DNA of 64,000 nucleotides from the NCBI GenBank assembly GCA_964016885.1, contig OZ024755.1, positions 43,214,001-43,278,000 on the forward strand, in the 5' to 3' direction. Source of the DNA: Eledone cirrhosa. Taxonomy: Eukaryota. Both the position numbers and the translations under genes were made by a program. Below are positions 37,088 to 49,200 of the stretch, one piece after another. Every line of letters begins with the position of its first letter. Position 1 is the first letter of the stretch. The notes under the pieces were generated by a model that saw nothing but the letters and a program-made list of their open reading frames with translations, was not told where the DNA came from and made no database searches.

Positions 37088-40000
37088 CGTGTCTACAGAG
37101 CCTGTGTGGCTACAATGTCTGTGTGTCTACAGAGCCTGTGTGGCTACAATGTCTGTGTGTCTACAGTGTCTGTGTGGCTACAGTGTCTGTGTGTCTACAG
37201 TGACTGTGTGTCTACAATGTCTATGTGTCTACAATGTCTGTGTGTCTACAATGTCTGTGTGTCTACAGTGCCTGTGTCTACAGTGTCTGTGTGTCTACAG
37301 TGTCTGTGTGTCTACAGTGTCTGTGTGTCTACAGTGTGTGTGTCTACAGTGTCTGTGTCTACATTGTCTGTGTCTACAATGTCTGTGTGTCTACAGTGTC
37401 TGTGTGTCTACAGTGTCTGTGTGTCTACAGTGCCTGTGTCTACAGTGTCTGTGTGTCTACAGTGTGTGTGTCTACAGTGTCTGTGTCTACATTGTCTGTG
37501 TCTACAATGTCTGTGTGTCTACAGTGTCTGTGTGTCTACAGTGTCTGTGTGTCTACAGTGTCTGTGTGTCTACAGTGTGTGTCTACAGTGTCTGTGTCTA
37601 CAGTGTCTGTGTGTCTACAATTTCTGTGTGTCAGCAGTGTCTGTGTCTACAATGTCTGTGTGTCTACAGTGTCTGTGTCTCTACAGTGTCTGTGTATCTA
37701 CAATGTCTGTGTGTCTACAGTGTCTGTGTGTCTACAGTGTCTGTGTCTACAGTGTCTGTGTGTCTACAGTGTCTGTGTCTACAGTGTCTGTGTGTCTACA
37801 GTGTCTGTGTGTCTACAATGTCTGTGTGTCTACAGTGTCTACAGTGCCTGTGTCTACAGTGTCTGTGTTTCTATAGTGACTGTGTGTCTACAGTGTCTGT
37901 GTGTCTACAGTGTCTACAATGTCTGTGTGTCTACAATGTCTGTGTCTACAGTGTCTGTGTCTACAGTGTCTGTGTCTACAGTGTCTGTGTCTACAGTGTC
38001 TGTGTCTACAGTGTCTGTGTGTCTACAGTGTCTGTGTCTACAGTGTCTGTGTGTCTACAATGTCTGTGTGTCTACAGTGTCTGTGTCTACAGTGTCTGTG
38101 TGTCTACAGTGTCTGTGTGTCTACAGTGTCTGTGTGTCTACAGTGTCTGTGTCTACAGTGTCTGTGTGTCTACAGTGTCTGTGTGTCTACAGTGTCTGTG
38201 TGTCTACAGTGTCTGTGTGTCTACAGTGTCTGTGTGTCTACAGTGTCTGTGTGTCTACAGTGACTGTGTGTCTACAGTGTCTGTGTGTATACAATGTGTG
38301 TCTACAGTGTCTACAATGTCTGTGTGTCTACAATGTCTGTGTCTACAGTGTCTGTGTCTACAGTGTCTGTGTCTACAGTGTCTGTGTCTACAGTGTCTGT
38401 GTCTACAGCGTCTGTGTCTACAGTGTCTGTGTGTCTACAGTGTCTGTGTGTCTACAGTGTCTGTGTGTCTACAGTGTCTGTATCTACAGTGTCAGTGTGT
38501 CTACAGTGTCTGTGTGTCTACAGTGACTGTGTGTCTACAATGTCTGTGTGTCTACAATGTCTGTGTCTACAGTGTCTGTGTGTCTACAGTGTATGTGTGT
38601 CTACAGTGTCTGTGTGCCTACAATGTCTGTGTGTCTACAATGCCTGTGTCTCTACATTGTCTGTCTCTACATTGTCTGTGTCTACAGTGTCTGTGTGTCT
38701 ACAATGTCTGTGTGTCTACAGTGTCTGTGTGTCTACAGTGTCTGTGTGTCTACAATGTCTGTGTCTCTACAGTGTCTGTGTCTACAGTGTCTGTGTGTCT
38801 ACAATGTCTGTGTGTTTACAATGTCTGTGTCTACAGTGTCTGTGTGTCTACAGTGTCTGTGTGTCTACAATGTCTGTGTGTCTGTGTGTCTGTGTGTCTA
38901 CAATGTCTGTGTGTCTACAGTGTCTGTATCTACAGTGTCTGTATCTACAGTGTCTGTCTCTCTACAGTGCCTGTGTCTACAATGTCTGTGTGTCTACAGT
39001 GTCTGTGTGTCTACAGTGTCTGTGTCTACAGTGTCTGTGTGTCTACAGTGTCTGTGTGTCTACAGTGTCTGTGTGTCTACAGTGTCTGTGTGTCTACAGT
39101 GTCTGTGTGTCTACAGTGTCTGTGTGTCTACAGTGTATGTGTCTACAGTAACTGTGTGTCTACAGTGTCTGTGTGTCTACAATGTTTGTGTGTCTACAGT
39201 GTCTCTGTGTCTACAATGCCTGTGTCTACAGTGCCTGTGTCTACAGTGCCTGTGTCTACAATGTCTGTATGTCTACAGTGTCTGTGTGTCTACAGTGTCT
39301 GTGTGTCTACAGTGTCTGTGTGTCTACAGTGTCTGTGTTTCTACAGTGTCTGTGTGTCTACAGTGACTGTATATACAGTGTCTGTGTGTCTACAGTGTCT
39401 GTGTGTCTACAGTGTCTGTGTGTCTACAACGCCTGTGTCTACAGTGTCTGTGTGTCTATAATGTCTGTGTCTACAGTGTCTGTGTGTCTAAAATGTCTGT
39501 GTCTACAGTGACTGTGTGTCTACAGTGTCTGTGTGTCTACAATGTCTGTGTGTCTACAGTGTCTGTGTGTCTACAGTGTCTCTGTGTCTACAATGCCTGT
39601 GTCTACAGTGCCTGTGTCTACAATGTCCGTGTGTCTACAGTGTCTGTGTGTCTACAGTGGCTATGTCTACAGTGTCTGTGTGTCTACAGTGTCTGTGTCT
39701 ACAGTGTCTGTGTGTCTACAGTGTTTGTGTGTCTACAATGTCTGTGTGTCTACAATGTCTGTGTGTCTACAGTGTCTGTGTGTCTACAGTGTCTGTGTGT
39801 CTACAGTCTGTGTGTCTACAGTGACTGTATATACAGTGTCTGTGTGTCTACAGTGTCTGTGTGTCTACAGTGTCTGTGTGTCTACAATGCCTATGTCTAC
39901 AGTGTATGTGTGTCTACAGTGTCTGTGTCTACAGTGTCTGTGTCTACTGTGTCTACAGTGTCTGTGTCTACTGTGTCTACAGTGTCTGTGTCTACAGTGT

Positions 40001-40218
40001 CTGAGTCTACAATGTCTGTGTGTCTACAGTGTCTGTGTGTGTACAGTGTCTGTGTCTACAGTGTCTGTGTCTACAGTGTCTGAGTCTACAATGTCTGTGT
40101 GTCTACAATGCCTGTGTCTACAGTGTCCGTGTGTCTGTGTCTACAGTGTCTGTGTCTACAATACCTGTGTCTAGAGTGTCTGTGTGTCTACAGTGTCTGA
40201 GTCTACAATGTCTGTGTG
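37088..40218. repeat. 15/17-bp minisatellite CTACAGTGTCTGTGT(GT)
   Basis: About 3.1 kb of tandem units; the long ORFs here are repeat translations. Confidence 0.98.
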
Positions 40219-43200
40219 TGATGATAAGGGTGTTGGGTGTGGAGGTGGTTATGGGCTTTGTGTGATGGTGTTGGGTGTGGAGGTGGTTATGGGCTCTGTG
40301 TGATGGTGAGGGTGTTGGGTGTGGAGGTGGTTATGGGCTGTGTGTGATGGTAAGGGTGTTGGGTGTGGAGATGGTTATTGGCTGTGTGTGATGGTGAGGG
40401 TGCTGGGTGTGGAGGTGGTTATGTGCTGTGTGTGATGGTGAGAGTACTGGGTGTGGAGGTGGTTATGGGTTGTGTGTGATGGTGAGGGTGGTGGGTGTGG
40501 AGGTGGTTATGTGCTGTGTGTGATGGTGAGGGTGCTGGGTGTGGAGGTGGTTATGGGCTGTGTGTGATGGTGAGGGTGTTGGGTGTGGAGGTGGTTATGG
40601 GCTGTGTGTGATGGTGAGGGTGTTGGGTGTTGAGGTGGTTATGGGCTGTGTGTGATGGTGTGGGTGCTGGGTGTGGAGGTGGTTATGGGCTGTGTGTGAT
40701 GGTGAGGGTGTTGGGTGTGGAGGTGGTTATGGGCTGTGTGTGATGGTGAGGGTGCTGGGTGTGGAGGTGGGTATGGGCTGTGTGCGATGGTGTTGGGTGT
40801 GGAGGTGGTTATGTGATGTGTGTGATGGTGAGGGTGCTGGGTGTGGAGGTGGTTATGGGCTGTGTGTGATGTTGAGGGTGCTGGGTGTGAAGGTGGTTAT
40901 GGGCTGTGTGATGGTGAGGGTGTTGGGTGTGGAGGTGGTTATGTGCTGTGTGTGATGGTGGGGGTGTTGGGTGTGGAGATGGTTATGGGCTGTGTGTGAT
41001 GGTGAGGGTGCTGGGTGTGGAGGTGGTTATGGGCTGTGTGTGATGGTGGGGGTGCTGGGTGTGGAGGTGGTTATGGGCTGTGTGTGATGGTGAGGGTGTT
41101 GGGTGTGGAGGTGGTTATGGGCTGTGTGTGATGGTGAGGGTGCTGGGTGTGGAGGTGGTTATGGGCTGTGTGTGATGGTGAAGGTGGTTATGGGCTGTGT
41201 GATGGTGAGGGTGTTGGGTGTGGAGGTGGTTATGTGCTGTGTGTGATGGTGGGGGTGTTGGGTGTGGAGATGGTTATGGGCTGTGTGTGATGGTGAGGGT
41301 GTTGGGTGTGGAGGCGGTTATGGGCTGTGTGTGATGGTGAGGGTGGTGGGTGTGGAGGTGGTTATGGGCTGTGTGTGATGGTGAGGGTGGTGGGTGTGGA
41401 TGTGGTTATGGGCTGTGTGTGAAGGCAAGGATGTTGGGTGTGGAGATGGTTATGGGCTGTGTGTGATGGTGAGGGTGCTGGGTGTGGAGGTGGTTATGTG
41501 CTGTGTGTGATGGTGAGGGTGTTGGGTGTGGAGGTGGTTATGTGCTGTGTGTGATGGTGAGGGTGCTGGGTGTGGAGGTGGTTATGGGCTGTGTGTGATG
41601 GTGGGGGTGTTGGGTGTGGAGGTGGTTATGGGCTGTGTGTGATGGTGAGGGTGTTGGGTGTGGAGGTGGTTATGTGCTGTGTGTGATGGTGAGGGTGTTG
41701 GGTGTGGAGATGGTTATGGGCTGTGTGTGATGGTGGGGGTGTTGGGTGTGGAGGTGGTTATGGGCTGTGTGTGATGATAAGGGTGTTGGGTGTGGAGGTG
41801 GTTATGGGCTGTGTGTGATGGTGTTGGGTGTGGAGGTGGTTATGTGCTGTGTGTGATGGTGAGGGTGCTGGGTGTGGAGGTGGTTATGGGCTGTGTGTGA
41901 TGGTGAGCGTGCTGGGTGTGGAGGTGGTTATGGGCTGTGTGTGATGGTGAGGGTGCTGGGTGTGGAGCTGGTTATGGGCTGTGTGTGATGGTGAGGGTGT
42001 TGGGTGTGGAGGTGGTTATGGGCTGTGTGTGATGGTGAGGGTGTTGGGTGTGGAGGTGGTTATGGGCTGTGTGTGATGCTGAGGGTGTCGGGTGTGGAGG
42101 TGATTATGGGCTGTGTGTGATGGTGAGGGTGCTGGGTGTGGAGCTGGTTATGGGCTGTGTGTGATGGTGAGGGTGTTGGGTGTGGAGGTGGTTATGGGCT
42201 GTGTGTGATGGTGAGGGTGTCGGGTGTGGAGGTGATTATGGGCTGTGTGTGATGGTGAGGGTGCTGGGTGTGGAGCTGGTTATGGGCTGTGTGTGATGGT
42301 GAGTGTGCTGGGTGTGGAGGTGGTTTTGGGCTGTGTGTGATGTTGAGGGTGCTGGGTGTGGAGGTGGTTATGGGCTATGTGTGATGGTGAGGGTGCTGTG
42401 TGTGGAGGTGGTTATGGGCTGTGTGTGATGGTGAGGGTGCTGGGTGTGGAGGTGTTTATGGGCTGTGTGTGATGGTGAGGGTGTTGGGTGTGGAGGTGGT
42501 TATGGGCTGTGTGTGATGGTGGGGGTGTTGGGTGTGGATGTGGTTATGTGCTGTGTGTGATGGTGAGGGTGCTGGGTGTGGAGGTGGTTATGGGCTGTGT
42601 GTGATGTTGAGGGTGCTGGGTGTGGAGGTGGTTATTTGCTGTGTGTGATGGTGAGGGTGGTGGGTGTGAAGGTGGTTATGGTCTGTGTGTGATGGTGAGG
42701 GTGTTGGGTGTGGAGGTGGTTATGTGCTGTGTGTGATGGTGGGGGTGTTGGGTGTGGAGATGGTTATGGGCTGTGTGTGATGGTGAGGGTGTTGGGTGTG
42801 GAGGTGGTTATGGGCTGTGTGTGATGGTGAGGGTATTGGGTGTGGAGGTGGTTATGGGCTGTGTGTGATGGTGAGGGTGCTGGGTGTGGAGGTGGTTATG
42901 GGCTGTGTGTGATGGTGAGGGTGCTGGGTGTGGAGGTGGTTATGGGCTGTGGGTGATGGTGAGGGTGCTGGGTGTGGAGGTGGTTATGGGCTGTGTGTGA
43001 TGGTGTTGGGTGTGGAGGTGGTTATGGGCTCTGTGTGATGGTGAGGGTGTTGGGTGTGGAGGTGGTTATGGGCTGTGTGTGATGGTAAGGGTGTTGGGTG
43101 TGGAGATGGTTATTGGCTGTGTGTGATGGTGAGGGTGCTGGGTGTGGAGGTGGTTATGTGCTGTGTGTGATGGTGAGAGTGTTGGGTGTGGAGGTGGTTA

Positions 43201-46200
43201 TGGGCTGTGTGTGATGGTGAGGGTGGTGGGTGTGGAGGTGGTTATGTGCTGTGTGTGATGTTGAGGGTGCTGGGTGTGGAGGTGGTTATGGGCGGTGTGT
43301 GATGGTGAGGGTGTTGGGTGTGGAGGTGGTTATGGGCTGTGTGTGATGGTGAGGGTGTTGGGTGTGGAGGTGGTTATGGGCTGTGTGTGATGGTGTGCGT
43401 GCTGGGTGTGGAGGGGGTTATGGGCTGTGTGTGATGGTGAGGGTGTTGGGTGTAGAGGTGGTTATGGGCTGTGTGTGATGGTGAGGGTGTTGGGTGTGGA
43501 GGTGGTTATGGGCTGTGTGTGATGGTGAGGGTGCTGGGTGTGGAGGTGGTTATGGGCTGTGTGTGATGGTGAGGGTGCTGGGTGTGGAGGTGGTTATGGG
43601 CTGTGTGTGATGGTGTTGGGTGTGGAGGTGGTTATGTGATGTGTGTGATGGTGAGGGTGCTGGGTGTGGAGGTGGTTATGGGCAGTGTGTGATGTTGAGG
43701 GTGCTGGGTGTGAAGGTGGTTATGGGCTGTGTGATGGTGAGGGTGTTGGGTGTGGAGGTGGTTATGTGCTGTGTGTGATGGTGGGGGTGTTGGGTGTGGA
43801 GATGGTTATGGGCTGTGTGTGATGGTGAGGGTGCTGGGTGTGGAGGTGGTTATGGGCTGTGTGTGATGGTGGGGGTGCTGGGTGTGGAGGTGGTTATGGG
43901 CTGTGTGTGATGGTGAGGGTGTTGGGTGTGGAGGTGGTTCTGGGCTGTGTGTGATGGCAAGGGTGTTGGGTGTGGAGATGGTTATGGGCTGTGTGTGATG
44001 GTGAGGGTGCTGGGTGTGGAGGTGGTTATGGGCTGTGTGTGATGGTGGGGGTGCTGGGTGTGGAGGTGGTTATGGGCTGTGTGTGATGGTGGGGCTGCTG
44101 GGTGTGGAGGTGGTTATGGGCTGTGTGTGATGGTGAGTGTGCTGGGTGTGGAGGTGGTTATGTGCTGTGTGTGATGGTGAGAGTGTTGGGTGTGGAGGTG
44201 GTTATGGGCTGTGTGTGATGGTGTTGGGTGTGGAGGTGGTTATGTGCTGTGTGTGATGGTGAGGGTGCTGGGTGTGGAGGTGGTTATGGGCTGTGTGTGA
44301 TGGTGAGGGTGCTTGGTGTGGAGGTGGTTATGGGGTCTGTGTAATGGTGAGTGTGTTAGGTGTGGAGGTGGTTATGGGCTCTGTGTGATGGTGAGTGTGT
44401 TGGGTGTGGAGGTGGTTATGGGCTGTGTGTGATGGTGAGGGTGTTGGGTGTGGAGATGGTTATGGGCTGTGTGTGATGGCGAGGGTGTTGGGTGTAGAGG
44501 TGCTTATGGGCTGTGTGTGATGGTGAGGGTGCTGGGTGTGGAGGTGGTTATGTGCTGTGTGTGATGGTGAGGGTGCTGGGTGTGGAGGTGGTTATGGGCT
44601 GTGTGTGATGGTGAGGGTGTTGGGTGTGGAGATGGTTATGGGCTGTGTTTGATGGTGAGGGTGTTGGGTTTGGAGGTGGCTATGGGCTGTGTGTGATGGT
44701 GAGGGTGCTGGGTGTGGAGGTGGTTATGGGCTGTGTGTGATGGTGAGGGTGTTGGGTGTGGAGGTGGTTATGTGCTGTGTGTGATGGTGAGGGTGTTGGG
44801 TGTGGAGATGGTTATGTGCTGTGTGTGATGGTGAGGGTGTTGGGTGTGGAGGTGGTTATGGGCTGTGTGTGATGGTGAGGGTGCTAGGTGTGGAGGTGGT
44901 TATGGGCTGTGTGTGATAGTGAGGGTGTTGGGTGTGGAGGTGGTTATGTGCTGTGTGTGATGGTGAAGGTGTTGGGTGTGGAGATGGTTATGGGCTGTGT
45001 GTGATGGTGAGGGTGTTGGGTGTGGAGTTGGTTATGTGCTGTGTGTGATGGTGAGTGTGCTGGGTGTGGAGGTGGTTATGGGCTGTGTGTGATGGTGAGG
45101 GTGCTGGGTGTGGAGGTGGTTATGGGCTGTGTGTGATGGTGAGGGTGTTGGGTGTGGAGGTGGTTATGTGCTGTGTGGAGGTGGTTATGTGCTGTGTGTG
45201 ATGGTGAAGGTGTTGGGTGTGGAGGTGGTTATGTGCTGTGTGTGATGGTGAGGGTGTTGGGTGTGGAGTTGGTTATGTTCTGTGTGTGATGGTGAGGGTG
45301 CTGGGTGTGGAGGTGGTTATGGGCTGTGTGTGATGGTGAGGGTGTTGGGTGTGGAGGTGGTTATGGGCTGTGAGTGATGGTGAGGGTGTTGGGTGTGGAG
45401 GTGGTTATGGGCTGTGTGTGATGGTGAGGGTGCTGGGTGTGGAGGTGGTTATGGGCTGTGTGTTGGGTGTGGAGGTGGTTATGTGCTGTGTGTGATGGTG
45501 AGGGTGTTGGGTGTGGAGATGGTTATGGGCTGTGTGTGATGGTGAGGGTGTTGGGTGTGGAGTTGGTTATGTGCTGTGTGTGATGGTGAGGGTGCTGGGT
45601 GTGGAGGTGGTTATGGGCTGTGTGTGATGGTGAGGGTGTTGGGTGTGGAGGTGGTTATGGACTGTGTGTGATGGTGAGGGTGTTGGGTGTGGAGGTGGTT
45701 ATGGACTGTGTGTGATGGTGAGGGTGCTGGGTGTGGTGGTGGTTATGGGCTGTGTGTTGGGTGTGGAGGTGGTTATGTGCTGTGTGTGATGGTGAGGGTG
45801 TTGGGTGTGGAGATGGTTATGGGCTGTGTGTGATGGTGAGGGTGTTGGGTGTGGAGTTGGTTATGTGCTGTGTGTGATGGTGAGGGTGCTGGGTGTGGAG
45901 GTGGTTATGGGCTGTGTGTGATGGTGAGGGTGTTGGGTGTGGAGGTGGTTATGGGCTGTGTGTGATGGTGAGGGTGCTGGGTGTGGAGGTGGTTATGGGC
46001 TGTGTGTGATGGTGAGGGTGTTGGGTGTGGAGGTGGTTATGGACTGTGTGTGATGGTGAGGGTGTAGGGTGTGGAGGTGGTTATGGGCTGTGTGTGATGG
46101 TGAGGGTGCTGGGTGTGGAGATGGTTATGTGCTGTGTGTGATGGTGAGGGTGTTGGGTGTGGAGGTGGTTATGGGCTGTGTGTGATGGTGAGGGTGTTGG

Positions 46201-49200
46201 GTGTGGAGGTGGTTATGGGCTGTGTGTGATGGTGAGGGTGCTGGGTGTGGAGATGGTTATGTGCTGTGTGTGATGGTGAGGGTGTTGGGTGTGGAGGTGG
46301 TTATGGGCTGTGTGTGATGGTGAGGGTGCTGGGTGTGGAGATGGTTATGTGCTGTGTGTGATGGTGAGGGTGTTGGGTGTGGAGGTGGTTATGGGCTGTG
46401 TGTGATGTTGAGGGTGTTGGGTCTGGAGGTGGTTATGGGCTGTGCGTGATGGTGAGGGTGTTGGGTGTGGAGGTGGTGAGGGTGCTGGGTGTGGAGGTGG
46501 TTATGGGCTGTGTGTGATGGTGAGGGTGTTGGGTGTGGATGTGGTTATGGGCTATGTGTGATGGTGAGGGTGTTGGGTGTGGAGGTGGTTATGGGCTGTG
46601 TGTGATGGTGAGGGTGCTGGGTGTGGAGGTGGTTATGTGCTGTGTGTGATGGTGAGGGTGCTGGGTGTGGAGGTGGTTATGAGCTGTGTTTGATGGTGAG
46701 GGTGCTGGGTGTGGAGGTGGTTATGGGCTGTGTGTGATGGTGAGGGTGCTGGGTGTGGAGGTGGTTATGTGCTGTGTGTGATGGTGAGGGTGTTGGGTGT
46801 GGAGGTGGTTATGTGTAGTGTGTGATGGTGAGGGTGTTGGGTGTGGAGGTGGTTATGGGCTGTGTGTGATGGTAAGGGTGCTGGGTGTGAAGGTGGTTAT
46901 GGGCTGTGTGTGATGGTAAGGGTGTTGGGTGTGGAGGTGGTTATGGGCTGTGTGTGATGGTAAGGGTGCTGGGTGTGGAGGTGGTTATGTACTGTGTGTG
47001 ATGGTGAGGGTGTTGGGTGTGTTGGTTGTTATGGGCTGTGTGTGATGGTGAGGGTGTTGGGGGTGGAGGTGGTTATGGGCTGTGTGTGATGGTGAGGGTG
47101 CTGGGTGTGGAGGTGGTTATGGGCTTTGTGTGATGGTGAGGGTGCTGGGTGTGGAGATGGTTATGGGCTGTGTGTGATGGTGAGGGTGTTGGGTGTGGAG
47201 GTGGTTATTGGCTGTGTGTGATGGTGAGGGTGTTGGGTGTGGAGGTGGTTATGGGCTGTGTGTGATGGTGGGGGTGTTGGGTGTGGAGATGGTTATGGGC
47301 TGTGTGTGATGGTGAAGGTGTGGGGTGTGGGGGTGGTTATGTGCTCTGTGTGATGGTGAGGGTGCTGGGTGTTGAGGTGGTTATGGGCTGTGTGTGATGG
47401 TGGGGGTGCTGGGTGTGGAGGTGATTATGGGCTGTGTGTGATGGTGAGGGTTTGGGTGTGGAGGTGGTTATGGGCTGTGTGTGATGGTGGGGGTGTTGGG
47501 TGTGGAGGTGGTTATGGGCTGTGTGTGATGGTGAGGGTGCTGGGTGTGGAGGTGGTTATGGGCTGTGTGTGATGGTGGGGGTGCTGGGTGTGGAGGTGAT
47601 TATGGGCTGTGTGTGATGGTGAGGGTTTGGGTGTGGAGGTGGTTATGGGCTGCGTGTGATGGTGGGGGTGTTGGGTGTGGAGGTGGTTATGGGCTGTGTG
47701 TGATGGTGAGGGTGTTGGGTGTGGAGGTGGTTATGGGCTGTGTGTGATGGTGGGGGTGTTGGGTGTGGAGGTGCTTATGGGCTGTGTGTGATGGTGAGGG
47801 TGTTGGGTGTGGGGGTGGTTATGTGCTGTGTGTGATGGTGAGGGTGCTGGGTGTGGAGGTGGTTATGGGCTGTGTGTCATGGTGGGAATGCTGGGTGTGG
47901 AGGTGATTATGGGCTGTGTGTGATGGTGAGGGTTTGGGTGTGGAGGTGGTTATGTGTTGTGTGTGATGGTGAGGGTGTTGGGTGTGGAGGTGGTTATGTG
48001 CTGTGTGTGATGGTGAGGGTGTTGGGTGTGGAGGTGGCTATGGGCTGTGTGTGATGGTGAGGGTGCTGGGTGTGGAGGTGGTTATGGGCTGTGTGTGATG
48101 GTGAGGGTGTTGGGTGTGGAGGTGGTTATGTGCTGTGTGTGATGGTGAGGGTGTTGGGTGTGGAGATGGTTATGTGCTGTGTGTGATGGTGAGGGTGTTG
48201 GGTGTGGAGGTGGTTATGGGCTGTGTGTGATGGTGAGGGTGCTAGGTGTGGAGGTGGTTATGGGCTGTGTGTGATGGTGAGGGTGTTGGGTGTGGAGGTG
48301 GTTATGTGCTGTGTGTGATGGTGAAGGTGTTGGGTGTGGAGATGGTTATGGGCTGTGTGTGATGGTGAGGGTGTTGGGTGTGGAGTTGGTTATGTGCTGT
48401 GTGTGATGGTGAGTGTGCTGGGTGTGGAGGTGGTTATGGGCTGTGTGTGATGGTGAGGGTGCTGGGTGTGGAGGTGGTTATGGGCTGTGTGTGATGGTGA
48501 GGGTGTTGGGTGTGGAGGTGGTTATGTGCTGTGTGGAGGTGGTTATGTGCTGTGTGTGATGGTGAAGGTGTTGGGTGTGGAGGTGGTTATGTGCTGTGTG
48601 TGATGGTGAGGGTGTTGGGTGTGGAGTTGGTTATGTTCTGTGTGTGATGGTGAGGGTGCTGGGTGTGGAGGTGGTTATGGGCTGTGTGTGATGGTGAGGG
48701 TGTTGGGTGTGGAGGTGGTTATGGGCTGTGAGTGATGGTGAGGGTGTTGGGTGTGGAGGTGGTTATGGGCTGTGTGTGATGGTGAGGGTGCTGGGTGTGG
48801 AGGTGGTTATGGGCTGTGTGTTGGGTGTGGAGGTGGTTATGTGCTGTGTGTGATGGTGAGGGTGTTGGGTGTGGAGATGGTTATGGGCTGTGTGTGATGG
48901 TGAGGGTGTTGGGTGTGGAGTTGGTTATGTGCTGTGTGTGATGGTGAGGGTGCTGGGTGTGGAGGTGGTTATGGGCTGTGTGTGATGGTGAGGGTGTTGG
49001 GTGTGGAGGTGGTTATGGACTGTGTGTGATGGTGAGGGTGTTGGGTGTGGAGGTGGTTATGGACTGTGTGTGATGGTGAGGGTGCTGGGTGTGGTGGTGG
49101 TTATGGGCTGTGTGTTGGGTGTGGAGGTGGTTATGTGCTGTGTGTGATGGTGAGGGTGTTGGGTGTGGAGATGGTTATGGGCTGTGTGTGATGGTGAGGG

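Noticed and set aside
36830-40265. Long Cys/Val-rich ORFs (up to 792 aa)
   Set aside because: Open in all frames because the 15/17-bp unit lacks stops; no coding signal
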